DNA of 64,000 nt, taken from assembly GCA_963770835.1 (NCBI GenBank), contig CAVYRH010000005.1, forward strand, positions 256,001 to 320,000, read 5' to 3'. Source of the stretch: an uncultured Pseudomonadota bacterium. Lineage in GTDB: Bacteria; Oederibacteriota; Muellerivitia; Muellerivitales; Muellerivitaceae. Position 1 is the stretch's first letter; each line of letters starts with the position of its first letter. Below are positions 54,722 through 63,355 of the stretch, one piece after another. The notes under the pieces are model-generated. The model was not told where the DNA came from. It saw nothing but the letters and a program-made list of their open reading frames with translations, and did no database searches. Both the position numbers and the translations under genes were made by a program.

Positions 54722-56365
54722 TTGCCCCAAACTCCAGCCTTATCGGAAACCAAGACCGTTGAAAGGGTTGGGATTCAGCCGTTCCACCGCCTTTACTTTA
54801 AAGCCGCCGCAACCTGTTTCCAAATAAAACGGTCCATCGAAAACAAAAATAATTCCCGAAAACTATTTTCGAAAGGAAATGGGCCCGATTTCCCGTTCTT
54901 ATTGGCTGAATCAAGGTCTTCGATTTTCAGCGACCGGCTCCAAGAACGCCCGTTTGAAAACGGCAAACTTGAAAATCTTAGGATCGCCACTCAAGCCCTG
55001 GACAAACTTGTCGTGGATAAAGGCGCTGAGTTCAGCTTCTGGAATCAAATTGGCAAACCCACTGCAAGCCGCGGCTTCCAGGTGGGACGGGAAATCCGTT
55101 GGGGATGTATGATTCCAGGAGTGGGCGGTGGACTTTGCCAACTATCCGGCGCTCTTTTTGATTGCGCCTTACAAATTGAATCGCAGATCACCGAGGTTCA
55201 CTCCCATACCCGCCGCTTGCCAAATGTCATTTACCGGCCCGAGATGGACGCGACTGTATTTTGGAATTACGTTGATTTATGTTTTAGGCCCCATTTTGAT
55301 ATTCTCATTGAACCCGTTTTTTCCGAGGAATCCTTCATCTTGCGATTTTGGGGGAAATCGCCCCGGACGCCCCACCCCGATAAAACTCCAGGCATCGAAA
55401 AAGCTTTGGCGCATGACTGCCTGGATTGCGGTATCGAGGATTGCCATTATCATGAAAAAACTCAAATCGCCCTGAATTACAAAAACCTTATTTTCAGCCC
55501 CAGCCTTGGACCGCTATCTTTAGTTCAAAGGCTGAAATCCCGTTTTTTATCAATCGCCGCCAGAATTCTTAACCGTGTTTTGAGTTCCCTTTCTTTACCG
55601 GTTGGGAAAATCGCGATCTTTCGTAACCAAGCTTTAGCGTTTTTAGTTAAAACTGTTTATCCCTTCCAAAGATCAACGGCATTAATTTCCCAGGATTTAG
55701 CCCCTTTCCTTAAAAAGTGGCTTCAAAAAGGGAACGTCCCTTATGTCCTTAAGTTGGAACATTTACCGATGAGGGAACTTCAAAACCGGCTCGACATTCT
55801 AGCGGCGCTACATCCCGACGACTTAAGACTTCGGGACTACCGTGTTTCTGAATCTATTAATGAGCATGAGATGGATTGCATTAAAATCGCAAAATCATTA
55901 TTTACCGACCATCCCTATTTAAAAGAACTGTTCCCGGAGGCTGAGTTGAAGATGGATTTGCCGGCCCCCCCGGCCCCGGGTTTTCGAAAGAGCCCGGCGA
56001 AGATGATCCTTTTTCCCGGTCCCTGTTACGCCCGGGAGGGAACCCAGGAGGTGCTACACGCTGCCGGACGGTTGAATCTGGAAGTGCTATGTCCCCATTT
56101 CTCAGCCAAAGGGAAGCCCTTCTTAAAATATGTCGAAAAGGCGGAGATTCCCTGGGAAAAAGTTTTAGTTTACGTCCATCCTTGCGTGTTTGACCGCCCC
56201 AACGAGGTCCTCCTGCAAGTGGTACACCATGGAATTAGGATTGTTGGAACCCTCGGCATTCCTTATCGTGGGGTACTTTTCAGCCAGTGCGCCTTGGGGG
56301 ACGCGATGGATTTGGAGGATAAGCTTCGGCAAATCATAGACTTGAAAGGGGGTTCGTATGTTTAG
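54722..56365 (+). CDS. VanW-domain protein with a degenerate glycosyltransferase-like C-terminus
   Basis: FSFW..IG.PT...GF, GGGLCQLS and DATVFWNYVDL motifs; start uncertain. Confidence 0.8.
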   Translation: MPQTPALSETKTVERVGIQPFHRLYFKAAATCFQIKRSIENKNNSRKLFSKGNGPDFPFLLAESRSSIFSDRLQERPFENGKLENLRIATQALDKLVVDKGAEFSFWNQIGKPTASRGFQVGREIRWGCMIPGVGGGLCQLSGALFDCALQIESQITEVHSHTRRLPNVIYRPEMDATVFWNYVDLCFRPHFDILIEPVFSEESFILRFWGKSPRTPHPDKTPGIEKALAHDCLDCGIEDCHYHEKTQIALNYKNLIFSPSLGPLSLVQRLKSRFLSIAARILNRVLSSLSLPVGKIAIFRNQALAFLVKTVYPFQRSTALISQDLAPFLKKWLQKGNVPYVLKLEHLPMRELQNRLDILAALHPDDLRLRDYRVSESINEHEMDCIKIAKSLFTDHPYLKELFPEAELKMDLPAPPAPGFRKSPAKMILFPGPCYAREGTQEVLHAAGRLNLEVLCPHFSAKGKPFLKYVEKAEIPWEKVLVYVHPCVFDRPNEVLLQVVHHGIRIVGTLGIPYRGVLFSQCALGDAMDLEDKLRQIIDLKGGSYV

Positions 56366-57764
56366 AAATGTAATCCTTTGTATCGTGGGGTTTTTAACCC
56401 TTGCAGGAATCACAATGGGGAGGGCTGCCGCGGACCCCGTCCGGGTAATGGCCTTGAGCGCCACCAGTTCCAAGGACGCCCATTTTGACCTTGCGAGCCT
56501 TTTGGATTCCAGCGCCACCACCGGTTGGCAACCCGGCCTTTCCGGCAGCGGCGCAGAGGAGGGTGTCCTCCTCGAGTTTGAAAAACCCGTCAAGGTGGAT
56601 GAGATCCAGCTTTCCGGCACCGATACCTTCAAAGTTTCTTTGAACGGCCGTGAAAATGACAAGATGGGGAATGAATTCAAAATGAAAATCCCCGTGGAAC
56701 TCAAATCCCTTTTCATCCATGTGGCATCCCGCCCCAAGGGGCCAAGCGAATTGAAGGGGTTTAAGCTCCTGCGCAATGGCAACCCCATCGAACTCCAAAA
56801 GCCCTTGATTGTCCGGGGGGAAGTGACAGCCCAGAATGTCCTCGAACCCTTCATCGCCTACGGCCCTTTCCGGCTTTTCGACTCGAAAATCGATATGGCT
56901 TTCGCGATGGACGGGAACAAGATCAACCCTTCGGCGCCGATCCCGCTTTTCGACCTGACCTTTCCAAAATCCCTCCGGCTGAAAGGGTTTTATATCTGGA
57001 ACGGCTATCAGCGGTCGAATCAACACTACTATTCCAACGCCCGCCCGGAAGTTCTCACTGTGGCAAGCGGCGGCCAAAAAGCCCAATTCCCCCTGAAGGA
57101 CGACATGGGGGCCCAGTGGGTGGCCTTTCCGGGAAACGGATGGGATGCTTCCTCACTGCATTTCACGGCCGACAAGGTTTATCCAGGCACCACCTACAAG
57201 GACCTTGTGGTATCGGAGATTTCCTTCGTCACGGAAGACGGCCAAACCCTGCTGGTGGACGCGCAAAAACCGGTGGCGACGGTTTCAAAGGAAATGACGG
57301 GCCTTCTCGACCAATCTTTCAAGTCCTATCCCGACGACGAATACCATTTTGACATTAAGTTTCGAAGCGACGGCACTTTCGCCGCATTCCAGCACAAAAT
57401 CTCGCAGGCCAATACGGACCGCTGCATCTACGAGGGCAATTGGGAAATGAAGGACGCAAGTCATTTGAGGGTATTCGGGCGTTATTACGAGACCTCCCGG
57501 GAGCTGCAGGCCGCCTACGGCGTGGGCACTTCCACCGAGCAATCGGGTATTTTCCAGACTCAGATCCAGGTCACCTCCTTGGACCGCCTCACGCCATCCC
57601 AGAAGAAGGAAATCTACGATTTTGAGAAGGACCGGGCGACCCTACCGGATTTTCCACAAGATGAAGAAACCTTCTGGAAGGCGGCAAAAGAAAAGGGGGG
57701 GATGTTTTTTATCAAATCCAACCTGTTCTCACAGATTATGGTTGCCGATAATATTGAAAAATAG
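56358..57764 (+). CDS. exported protein with discoidin/glycan-binding-like domains
   Basis: signal peptide; LLD....TGW..G, IWNGYQRS...Y.SN.R and VYPG..Y.D..VSEI motifs. Confidence 0.65.
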   Translation: MFRNVILCIVGFLTLAGITMGRAAADPVRVMALSATSSKDAHFDLASLLDSSATTGWQPGLSGSGAEEGVLLEFEKPVKVDEIQLSGTDTFKVSLNGRENDKMGNEFKMKIPVELKSLFIHVASRPKGPSELKGFKLLRNGNPIELQKPLIVRGEVTAQNVLEPFIAYGPFRLFDSKIDMAFAMDGNKINPSAPIPLFDLTFPKSLRLKGFYIWNGYQRSNQHYYSNARPEVLTVASGGQKAQFPLKDDMGAQWVAFPGNGWDASSLHFTADKVYPGTTYKDLVVSEISFVTEDGQTLLVDAQKPVATVSKEMTGLLDQSFKSYPDDEYHFDIKFRSDGTFAAFQHKISQANTDRCIYEGNWEMKDASHLRVFGRYYETSRELQAAYGVGTSTEQSGIFQTQIQVTSLDRLTPSQKKEIYDFEKDRATLPDFPQDEETFWKAAKEKGGMFFIKSNLFSQIMVADNIEK

Positions 57765-59013
57765 CCGCCTCTTCCACGGCCTCCCGGCCGTCCTGACGGT
57801 TTTGGTCTTCGGGGCTTGGCTTTTTTCCCGGGCCTATCTGCCTGGTTCGGACGGCTATTACTTTCTCGACCAGGCTGTCGGAATCCTGAACTCGGGCTCG
57901 TTGCGCATCAAAAACCACGACCCGACGCCCTATTTCATCGCGGGACTCATCCGCCTGGGGATCCAGCCCGAACTCAGCGTAAAACTTCTTTTCCTGGCCG
58001 CAACCGGAATGTGGTTTTGGCTGGGCCGCAAGGCTGAAACGGCCCTTTTCTACCTGTTGGCTCCGCTTTTCCTCTTCCACTTGATCCAATTTCCAAAGCT
58101 GACCCTCGCCTTGCTCCTGGCGATCCAGGCTTTCCAATCCCTAGGATGGGGTTCCCGCATTACATGGCTTTCGGGGGCAACCCTCTTCCATCCCATCGGA
58201 TTGGCATCCTGGGCGCTGGCGAAGCTGAGGGATGTGAAACCCTGGGCGCCATGGATCGGTTCGGCGGCATTAGCCGCGGGGTTTGTGGTTTTCGGGTGGT
58301 TCCTCCGGAGCCAGTCCTTTTCCCTCACGCCCGTAGGCGTCAAGTTTTTGGTCAACCCCCATTTGCCCATCCTATTCCGTATTTGTTGCGGGCTTTGGAT
58401 GGGGCGAATGCTTTTCGCCCCACGCCAAGGCTGGCTGGTCCTGGGCCTGCTGGCGCCCAGTTCTTCCGGGGAGTTGTTCGGCAGCCTGGAACGGTGGGAC
58501 TTGGCACTGATACTTTTCTCGCCCTGGCTGCTTTCCCGGGAAAAATGGAACTTTTTTTGGGCCCCCCTGGCCCCCGTTGCAGCCGGATGGATGCTCCTGC
58601 CGATGCCCGTTTACGACTACTCAGTGCTGGACCAGGTGATCGACCTTTCCAAAAACTTGGACATGAAGATGTTGGTGGTGGACCAGACGGGCAAGTTCTA
58701 CTTCACGGCTAAAACCGGCATCGATGCTTATTTTTTCGAACCCGAAGACGGCTGGCCCAAGGAAACCACCTGGAGGCTGGCGCGGAATGTCTCCTCCGGG
58801 GAGCTCTTGCCCTACCTGGAGGGGCCCTGCGCTCCGGGTTCCAAAACCTGGTTTACCCTCAGGCCCGGGACCCTTTTGATACGGGAGGATTGCTGGGAGG
58901 AAATCAGGTCGAAGATCCTTCCAGGCGAGAACGAGGATCTTTACGGCAGGATATGGGACAATCAGTCCAATCCGTCCCACAAACGGCCACCGTTTTTGGA
59001 TATCCGTCATTAG
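57754..59013 (+). CDS. polytopic membrane protein (GT-C-like, unproven)
   Basis: PGSDGYY after TM1, many TM segments; start uncertain. Confidence 0.6.
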   Translation: MKNSRLFHGLPAVLTVLVFGAWLFSRAYLPGSDGYYFLDQAVGILNSGSLRIKNHDPTPYFIAGLIRLGIQPELSVKLLFLAATGMWFWLGRKAETALFYLLAPLFLFHLIQFPKLTLALLLAIQAFQSLGWGSRITWLSGATLFHPIGLASWALAKLRDVKPWAPWIGSAALAAGFVVFGWFLRSQSFSLTPVGVKFLVNPHLPILFRICCGLWMGRMLFAPRQGWLVLGLLAPSSSGELFGSLERWDLALILFSPWLLSREKWNFFWAPLAPVAAGWMLLPMPVYDYSVLDQVIDLSKNLDMKMLVVDQTGKFYFTAKTGIDAYFFEPEDGWPKETTWRLARNVSSGELLPYLEGPCAPGSKTWFTLRPGTLLIREDCWEEIRSKILPGENEDLYGRIWDNQSNPSHKRPPFLDIRH

Positions 59014-59026
59014 GCTACTGGGAAAA

Positions 59027-59056
59027 ATGTCCACGACGGAGACCCCAAGTGGGCAC
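59027..59056 (+). repeat. cassette-boundary site 5
   Basis: ATGTCCA CGACGGAGACCCCAAG TGGGCAC. Confidence 0.8.
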
Positions 59057-59236
59057 CCTGAACGTGGAATCCCCGGCCCGATTGTTTGGGTAAAAGATAT
59101 CCCTCCCCTCAAGACCTGCCCCCATCACCGGTTTCCATCAAATAAATTCCCAACCTCTTTTGGACGGCGCTCCTGGGGGGTAAACTGGATGGGTGCCGCG
59201 GGCCTGAAAGCCCGCGTTTTCCGGAAAAGGTGAAGC

Positions 59237-61093
59237 TTGGCTTACCGCCCCTCTCATTTATTTTTCCGCCGAACGGCCCCGACTTTTTTTCTGGTTTGGG
59301 GCCTGGGCGTTTCCTGGGCCCAAACCCCGCCTGCGGGATACAGCCTTTTTTGGAGCGATGAATTCAACGGCGCCGTGGGCAGCGCGCCCAACGGGGCCAA
59401 TTGGACCTATGACACCGGTGACGGCGGCTGGGGCAACGCCGAGCTGGAAAATTACACGACCAGCCTCCAGAACTCCCAGATCATCGCGGACCCCAACGCC
59501 ACCGACGGAAAATCGCTGGCCATCATCGCCCTGGATACCGATCCCGGAAGCACGGCATACGGCACGGTGGGCCGGTACACCTCCGCCCGGCTTTTAACGA
59601 ACGCGGCGGGTTTTCAGGGCGTGACCTTCCAATACGGCTACATGGAAGCCCGCATCCAGATGCCCTATGGCGACGGCATTTGGCCGGCCTTTTGGATGCT
59701 GGGGACCAGCATCAATACGGGCACGGCCTGGCCCAATTGCGGCGAAACCGACATCATGGAAAATATCGGCAAAGCCTCGGACCAGCCCATCAACCACGGT
59801 TCGCTGCACGCGCCCAATTGGAACCCCACCGGCACCTACACCCTTCCGGGCGGGGCGCTTTACCACAACGCCTACCACACCTTCGGCGTGCTTTGGCAGC
59901 CGAACCAAATCGACTTTTACGTGGACGGGACGGATTACGAGACCCAGACCTTGGCCGGCGCCACGGCGGCCGGGGGCACCTGGGAATTCAACACCACCAT
60001 GTTCTTCCTGCTGAACATGGCGGTGGGCGGGAATTACCCAGGAAGCCCCGACGCCAGCACTTCCTTTCCGCAAACCATGCTGGTGGATTACGTGCGGGTC
60101 TACGAGCCCAACACCCCCACCGCGACGCCCAGCGCCTCGCCCACTTCCACGCCTTCCGGGACGCCCACGCCCAGTTCCACCCGGACCGCCACATCCAGCC
60201 CCACTTCCAGCCCTACGGCCACCGCATCGAGGACGGCTTCTTTCACTCCGACGGGCACGGCAACGGCTACGGCGTCCCCGACGGCCACGGCTATCCCCAG
60301 TGAAACTCCTTCCGCGAGCCCCACGGCGACCCGGACGAATACGACGGTCAACAGCCCCACAAATTCGGCCACTGCATCCCCAATAGCTTCGATGACCCCG
60401 TCCGCCACCAAAACGGCGACCGTTACGCCGTCCCTCACCGCTTCGCCGACGCCAACCGCCACACCCAGCGCGACCCCGGCCAATAGTTTGACGAACAGCC
60501 CGACTTTCACTCCAACCTCTTCGGCCACCACATCCCCAACCCCGACGGCTTCGAAGACCCCGACCGCCACCAAAACGGCCACCGTTACGCCGTCCCTCAC
60601 CGCTTCGCCGACGCCAACCGCCACCGGCACCCCCAGCGCGACCCCGGCCAACAGCTTGACGAACAGCCCGACCTTCACTCCGACCCCCTCGGCCACCGGC
60701 ATTCCCACCGCTTCGAACACGGTAACCCCAACGGGGACTTTTACCCCGACACCCAGCCTCACGATCACTTCCACACCGGCCCTTTCCCCCACCTCTTCGC
60801 CCGCCGGGGTGGTAATAGGGCTGCCTTATCCCAACCCCGTGATGGGCTCGGGGCCGGTGACCGTCCAGGTCCAAGCGCCCGCCGGTTCCACCATCGAATG
60901 GAGCGTCTTTACGGCGGCTTTCCGGAAAATAGTGGACGCCTCCCAGCCCGTCCCGGGGGACCACTTCGCCCTGGTTTGGGACCTGGAAGACCAATGGCGC
61001 AAACCCGTGGCCAGCGGTCTTTATTACCTCAGGGTCCAAGTGACCGGCCCGGCCAAGGCCTCCAAAGTCCTGAAGGTCCTGGTCCTCCGTTAG
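59237..61093 (+). CDS. GH16 glycoside hydrolase with Pro/Thr linker and FlgD-Ig-like C-terminal sorting domain
   Basis: WSDEFNG, WPAFWMLG, catalytic ETDIME, VDYVRVY; PYPNP...WD......VASGLYYL. Confidence 0.92.
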   Translation: MAYRPSHLFFRRTAPTFFLVWGLGVSWAQTPPAGYSLFWSDEFNGAVGSAPNGANWTYDTGDGGWGNAELENYTTSLQNSQIIADPNATDGKSLAIIALDTDPGSTAYGTVGRYTSARLLTNAAGFQGVTFQYGYMEARIQMPYGDGIWPAFWMLGTSINTGTAWPNCGETDIMENIGKASDQPINHGSLHAPNWNPTGTYTLPGGALYHNAYHTFGVLWQPNQIDFYVDGTDYETQTLAGATAAGGTWEFNTTMFFLLNMAVGGNYPGSPDASTSFPQTMLVDYVRVYEPNTPTATPSASPTSTPSGTPTPSSTRTATSSPTSSPTATASRTASFTPTGTATATASPTATAIPSETPSASPTATRTNTTVNSPTNSATASPIASMTPSATKTATVTPSLTASPTPTATPSATPANSLTNSPTFTPTSSATTSPTPTASKTPTATKTATVTPSLTASPTPTATGTPSATPANSLTNSPTFTPTPSATGIPTASNTVTPTGTFTPTPSLTITSTPALSPTSSPAGVVIGLPYPNPVMGSGPVTVQVQAPAGSTIEWSVFTAAFRKIVDASQPVPGDHFALVWDLEDQWRKPVASGLYYLRVQVTGPAKASKVLKVLVLR

Positions 61094-61129
61094 AGCGGGT
61101 TCCGCGGAATTGAAAATGGATTTAATATC

Positions 61130-61159
61130 TTGTCCACGGCGGGGACCCGAATTGGACAA
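61130..61159 (+). repeat. cassette-boundary site 6 (perfect consensus)
   Basis: TTGTCCA CGGCGGGGACCCGAAT TGGACAA. Confidence 0.88.
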
Positions 61160-61272
61160 TGAAACAAGGTAATAAGCGAATAAATGAACATCACTTTTTT
61201 AACGGTGAATTGGATAATTAGCCAATTTGGAATACAATCTGAACAAGCAAATGTACGCAAAGGGGATCGATC

Positions 61273-61506
61273 ATGAATCTCGCCGTCAAAGTACCTGTGG
61301 ACCTTGAAAATCTCATCCAACAGCTTTCCGTGAAAGACAAAATCAAGCTGGCCCACGAGCTCGAAAGGCAGACCCGGCGTGAACGTTGGACCCCCCTTCT
61401 CAACCGCATCCAAAAAAGGACCGCAAAGAACCGTTTGAGCGAGAAGGAAATAGTGGCTTTGGTCAAGGAAACCCGCAGGGAATTACGTGGCAAGAGCCGT
61501 CATTGA
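61273..61506 (+). CDS. putative antitoxin
   Basis: small helical ORF overlapping the PIN toxin; SEKEI...VKE.R motif. Confidence 0.75.
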   Translation: MNLAVKVPVDLENLIQQLSVKDKIKLAHELERQTRRERWTPLLNRIQKRTAKNRLSEKEIVALVKETRRELRGKSRH

Positions 61507-61879
61507 CACCAATATATTAATCAGCATTCTTCTTGGAAGCCGAAATTGTCTCGCCGTTCGAGGGGCTTTCTTGGATGGACTTTTCGAGATAATCACCTCA
61601 CCCGAACTCGTCACCGAGTTTAATGTCGCCTGCCGGAAACCCAAAATCTCAGCATTCGTCAATCCCCATGACATCTTGAATACCCTTGAGCTTCTTAATA
61701 GTGATGCTGAATGGATTTCCCCCGATATCAAAGTTGCCGCCAGCCGCGACTCCAAAGACAATCCTGTTTTGGAATGCGCTGTCGCCGGTCAGGCCGACTT
61801 TATTATTACAGGCGACAAGGATTTGCTTGACCTCAAGTCTTTCCGTGGAATTAAAATTATCACCCCCCGACAATTTTGA
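61487..61879 (+). CDS. PIN-family toxin (PIN_3 type)
   Basis: VIDTNILIS, RDSKDN.VLECA, IITGDKDLL and ITP..F motifs. Confidence 0.92.
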   Translation: MARAVIDTNILISILLGSRNCLAVRGAFLDGLFEIITSPELVTEFNVACRKPKISAFVNPHDILNTLELLNSDAEWISPDIKVAASRDSKDNPVLECAVAGQADFIITGDKDLLDLKSFRGIKIITPRQF

Positions 61880-61906
61880 TGGTTTTAAAAAGGGATTAAC
61901 TCTGGG

Positions 61907-62022
61907 CTGTCCACGACCTGTCTCCCGACCTGTCCCCCGAAACTTTAGTGCAGGGGAAGTTCAATGAACGTAGGGAGTACGGGGACCCGTTCGACAAGCT
62001 CATGGCAGGCCTCGTCGGACAG
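61907..62022 (+). repeat. cassette-boundary site 7 (nested 63-bp insert plus 23-bp insert)
   Basis: CTGTCCA CG[61916-61978]ACGGGGACCC[61989-62011]TCGT CGGACAG. Confidence 0.8.
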
Positions 62023-62248
62023 CCCATTTCGAAGAATGAAGATGTTTTTAAACTCCGCAACTTGGCTGGGGAAGGCCATCCCAGATCCTGGCTTCTGAAG
62101 AAATCCCCTGAATAAATAAGCTTTTTTCAACTAATGGGTGAATTTTGGGATTAAACCGGGGGTTCCCCGTCTAGAGGTTGGCGAATATAACGCTGATCCT
62201 GTATCTATCAAAACCTATTGGTTTATCAAGTTTTCGAAGGGGGAGAAT

Positions 62249-62971
62249 ATGGTGAGGAAACCTATTTGGGGGTTGATGATCTCTTGCGTGGCCTTGACCG
62301 GGGTAATTCTAACGGGCTGTATCAAAAAAATCAGCAGTCCTACCGCGCCCCAACCTCCCGCAACCGCCACGGTTGCTTTCACTTCAACCACTACCGCTTC
62401 CAACCAAACGCCCACCGCCACGCCAACGCTCACGGTGTTCAACACCTTTACGCCGACCCCTTGCGTGACGAATACGCCCACGACCGATCCGGGAACCAGC
62501 ACTCCCTCAGCCACGCCGACGCCTTGCGTCACCAACACGCCTGTGGCGACGAACACCTTTACGCCCACGCCCTGCGTCACCGACACGCCTGTTTCGACGA
62601 ACAGTTTCACCCCAACGAACACCACCTCGATCCAGACTCCCACGGCCACGCCGACCCCTTGCGTCACCGATACGCCCGTGGCGACGAAAACCTCCACCCC
62701 GACCTTAACACCCAACGCAACCAATACTCCCACCCACACTGCCACCAACACACCGTCCTCGACCCCCACGGTTACGGGAACTTGGTACACCTCAACCCCC
62801 ACGAATAGTCCCACACCCCGGTTCACGGCCACTCTTTGCATACCCTGCTCTTGGACCCCGTCCGGAACCATCACGCCGGCGGCGACGAATACGCCGACGG
62901 GTTCCTATACCCCCACCAATACCCCCACCCCAACGGGAACCTGGTTTACTCCAACCCCCACTCCGACTTGA
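62249..62971 (+). CDS. Thr/Pro-rich lipoprotein
   Basis: GGGGGAG RBS, lipobox LTGC, TPTPCVT(N/D)TP four times. Confidence 0.85.
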   Translation: MVRKPIWGLMISCVALTGVILTGCIKKISSPTAPQPPATATVAFTSTTTASNQTPTATPTLTVFNTFTPTPCVTNTPTTDPGTSTPSATPTPCVTNTPVATNTFTPTPCVTDTPVSTNSFTPTNTTSIQTPTATPTPCVTDTPVATKTSTPTLTPNATNTPTHTATNTPSSTPTVTGTWYTSTPTNSPTPRFTATLCIPCSWTPSGTITPAATNTPTGSYTPTNTPTPTGTWFTPTPTPT

Positions 62972-62994
62972 TTCGCCATCGAATCCGTTTTGCC

Positions 62995-63030
62995 AAGCCC
63001 CACCCGGGGGTTCCCGGATGGGGCTTTTTT
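62995..63030 (+). terminator. rho-independent terminator
   Basis: AAGCCCCACCCGGG..CCCGGATGGGGCTT stem followed by a T-tract. Confidence 0.8.
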
Positions 63031-63034
63031 ATTT

Positions 63035-63217
63035 CGGAACTATGCACTAGACGTACTTTGCAGTAAAAACCCTCGCCCCTTGGGGGAGAGGGTAGGGTGA
63101 GGGGTGTCATTAGTCGTCAAATTCACCCTCATCCCAGCCTTCTCCCCTCAAGGGAGAAGGTGAAAATAGCAGCCAACAGGTTTTGCTTGTAAATGGTACG
63201 CCAAGTGCATAGTTCCG
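63035..63217. mobile_element. 183-bp MITE, IS1595-family-like ends
   Basis: 22-bp IR CGGAACTATGCACTWGRCGTAC, 8-bp target duplication TTTTATTT, no ORF. Confidence 0.88.
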
Positions 63218-63235
63218 TTTTATTTCATGTCAAAA

Positions 63236-63265
63236 TCGTCAATGGTGGGGACCCGCCATGGTCAA
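63236..63265 (+). repeat. cassette-boundary site 8 (divergent, last in array)
   Basis: TCGTCAA TGGTGGGGACCCGCCA TGGTCAA. Confidence 0.6.
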
Positions 63266-63355
63266 AGCGAGGCAAAACTTTTAACATTTCCGCAACCCCC
63301 TATTCCCGCCTGAGTTTATAATCCCGCTTCGTTTAATCCATTCAAGGCTATCGAA

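Noticed and set aside
52671..56365. Vancomycin resistance cluster
   Set aside because: Only VanX-like and VanW-like domains are present, with no D-Ala-D-Lac ligase, VanH or VanRS, and the dipeptidase is disrupted.
63243..63258. tRNA 3' end (GGGTCCCCACCA on the minus strand) as an att site
   Set aside because: There is no adjacent T-loop (TTCRA) or cloverleaf, and the other copies lack CCA.
49928..63265. CRISPR array or classical integron attC array
   Set aside because: Spacing is 0.5-6.4 kb and contains genes. No cas or intI gene is present, and the sites lack RYYYAAC/GTTRRRY ends.
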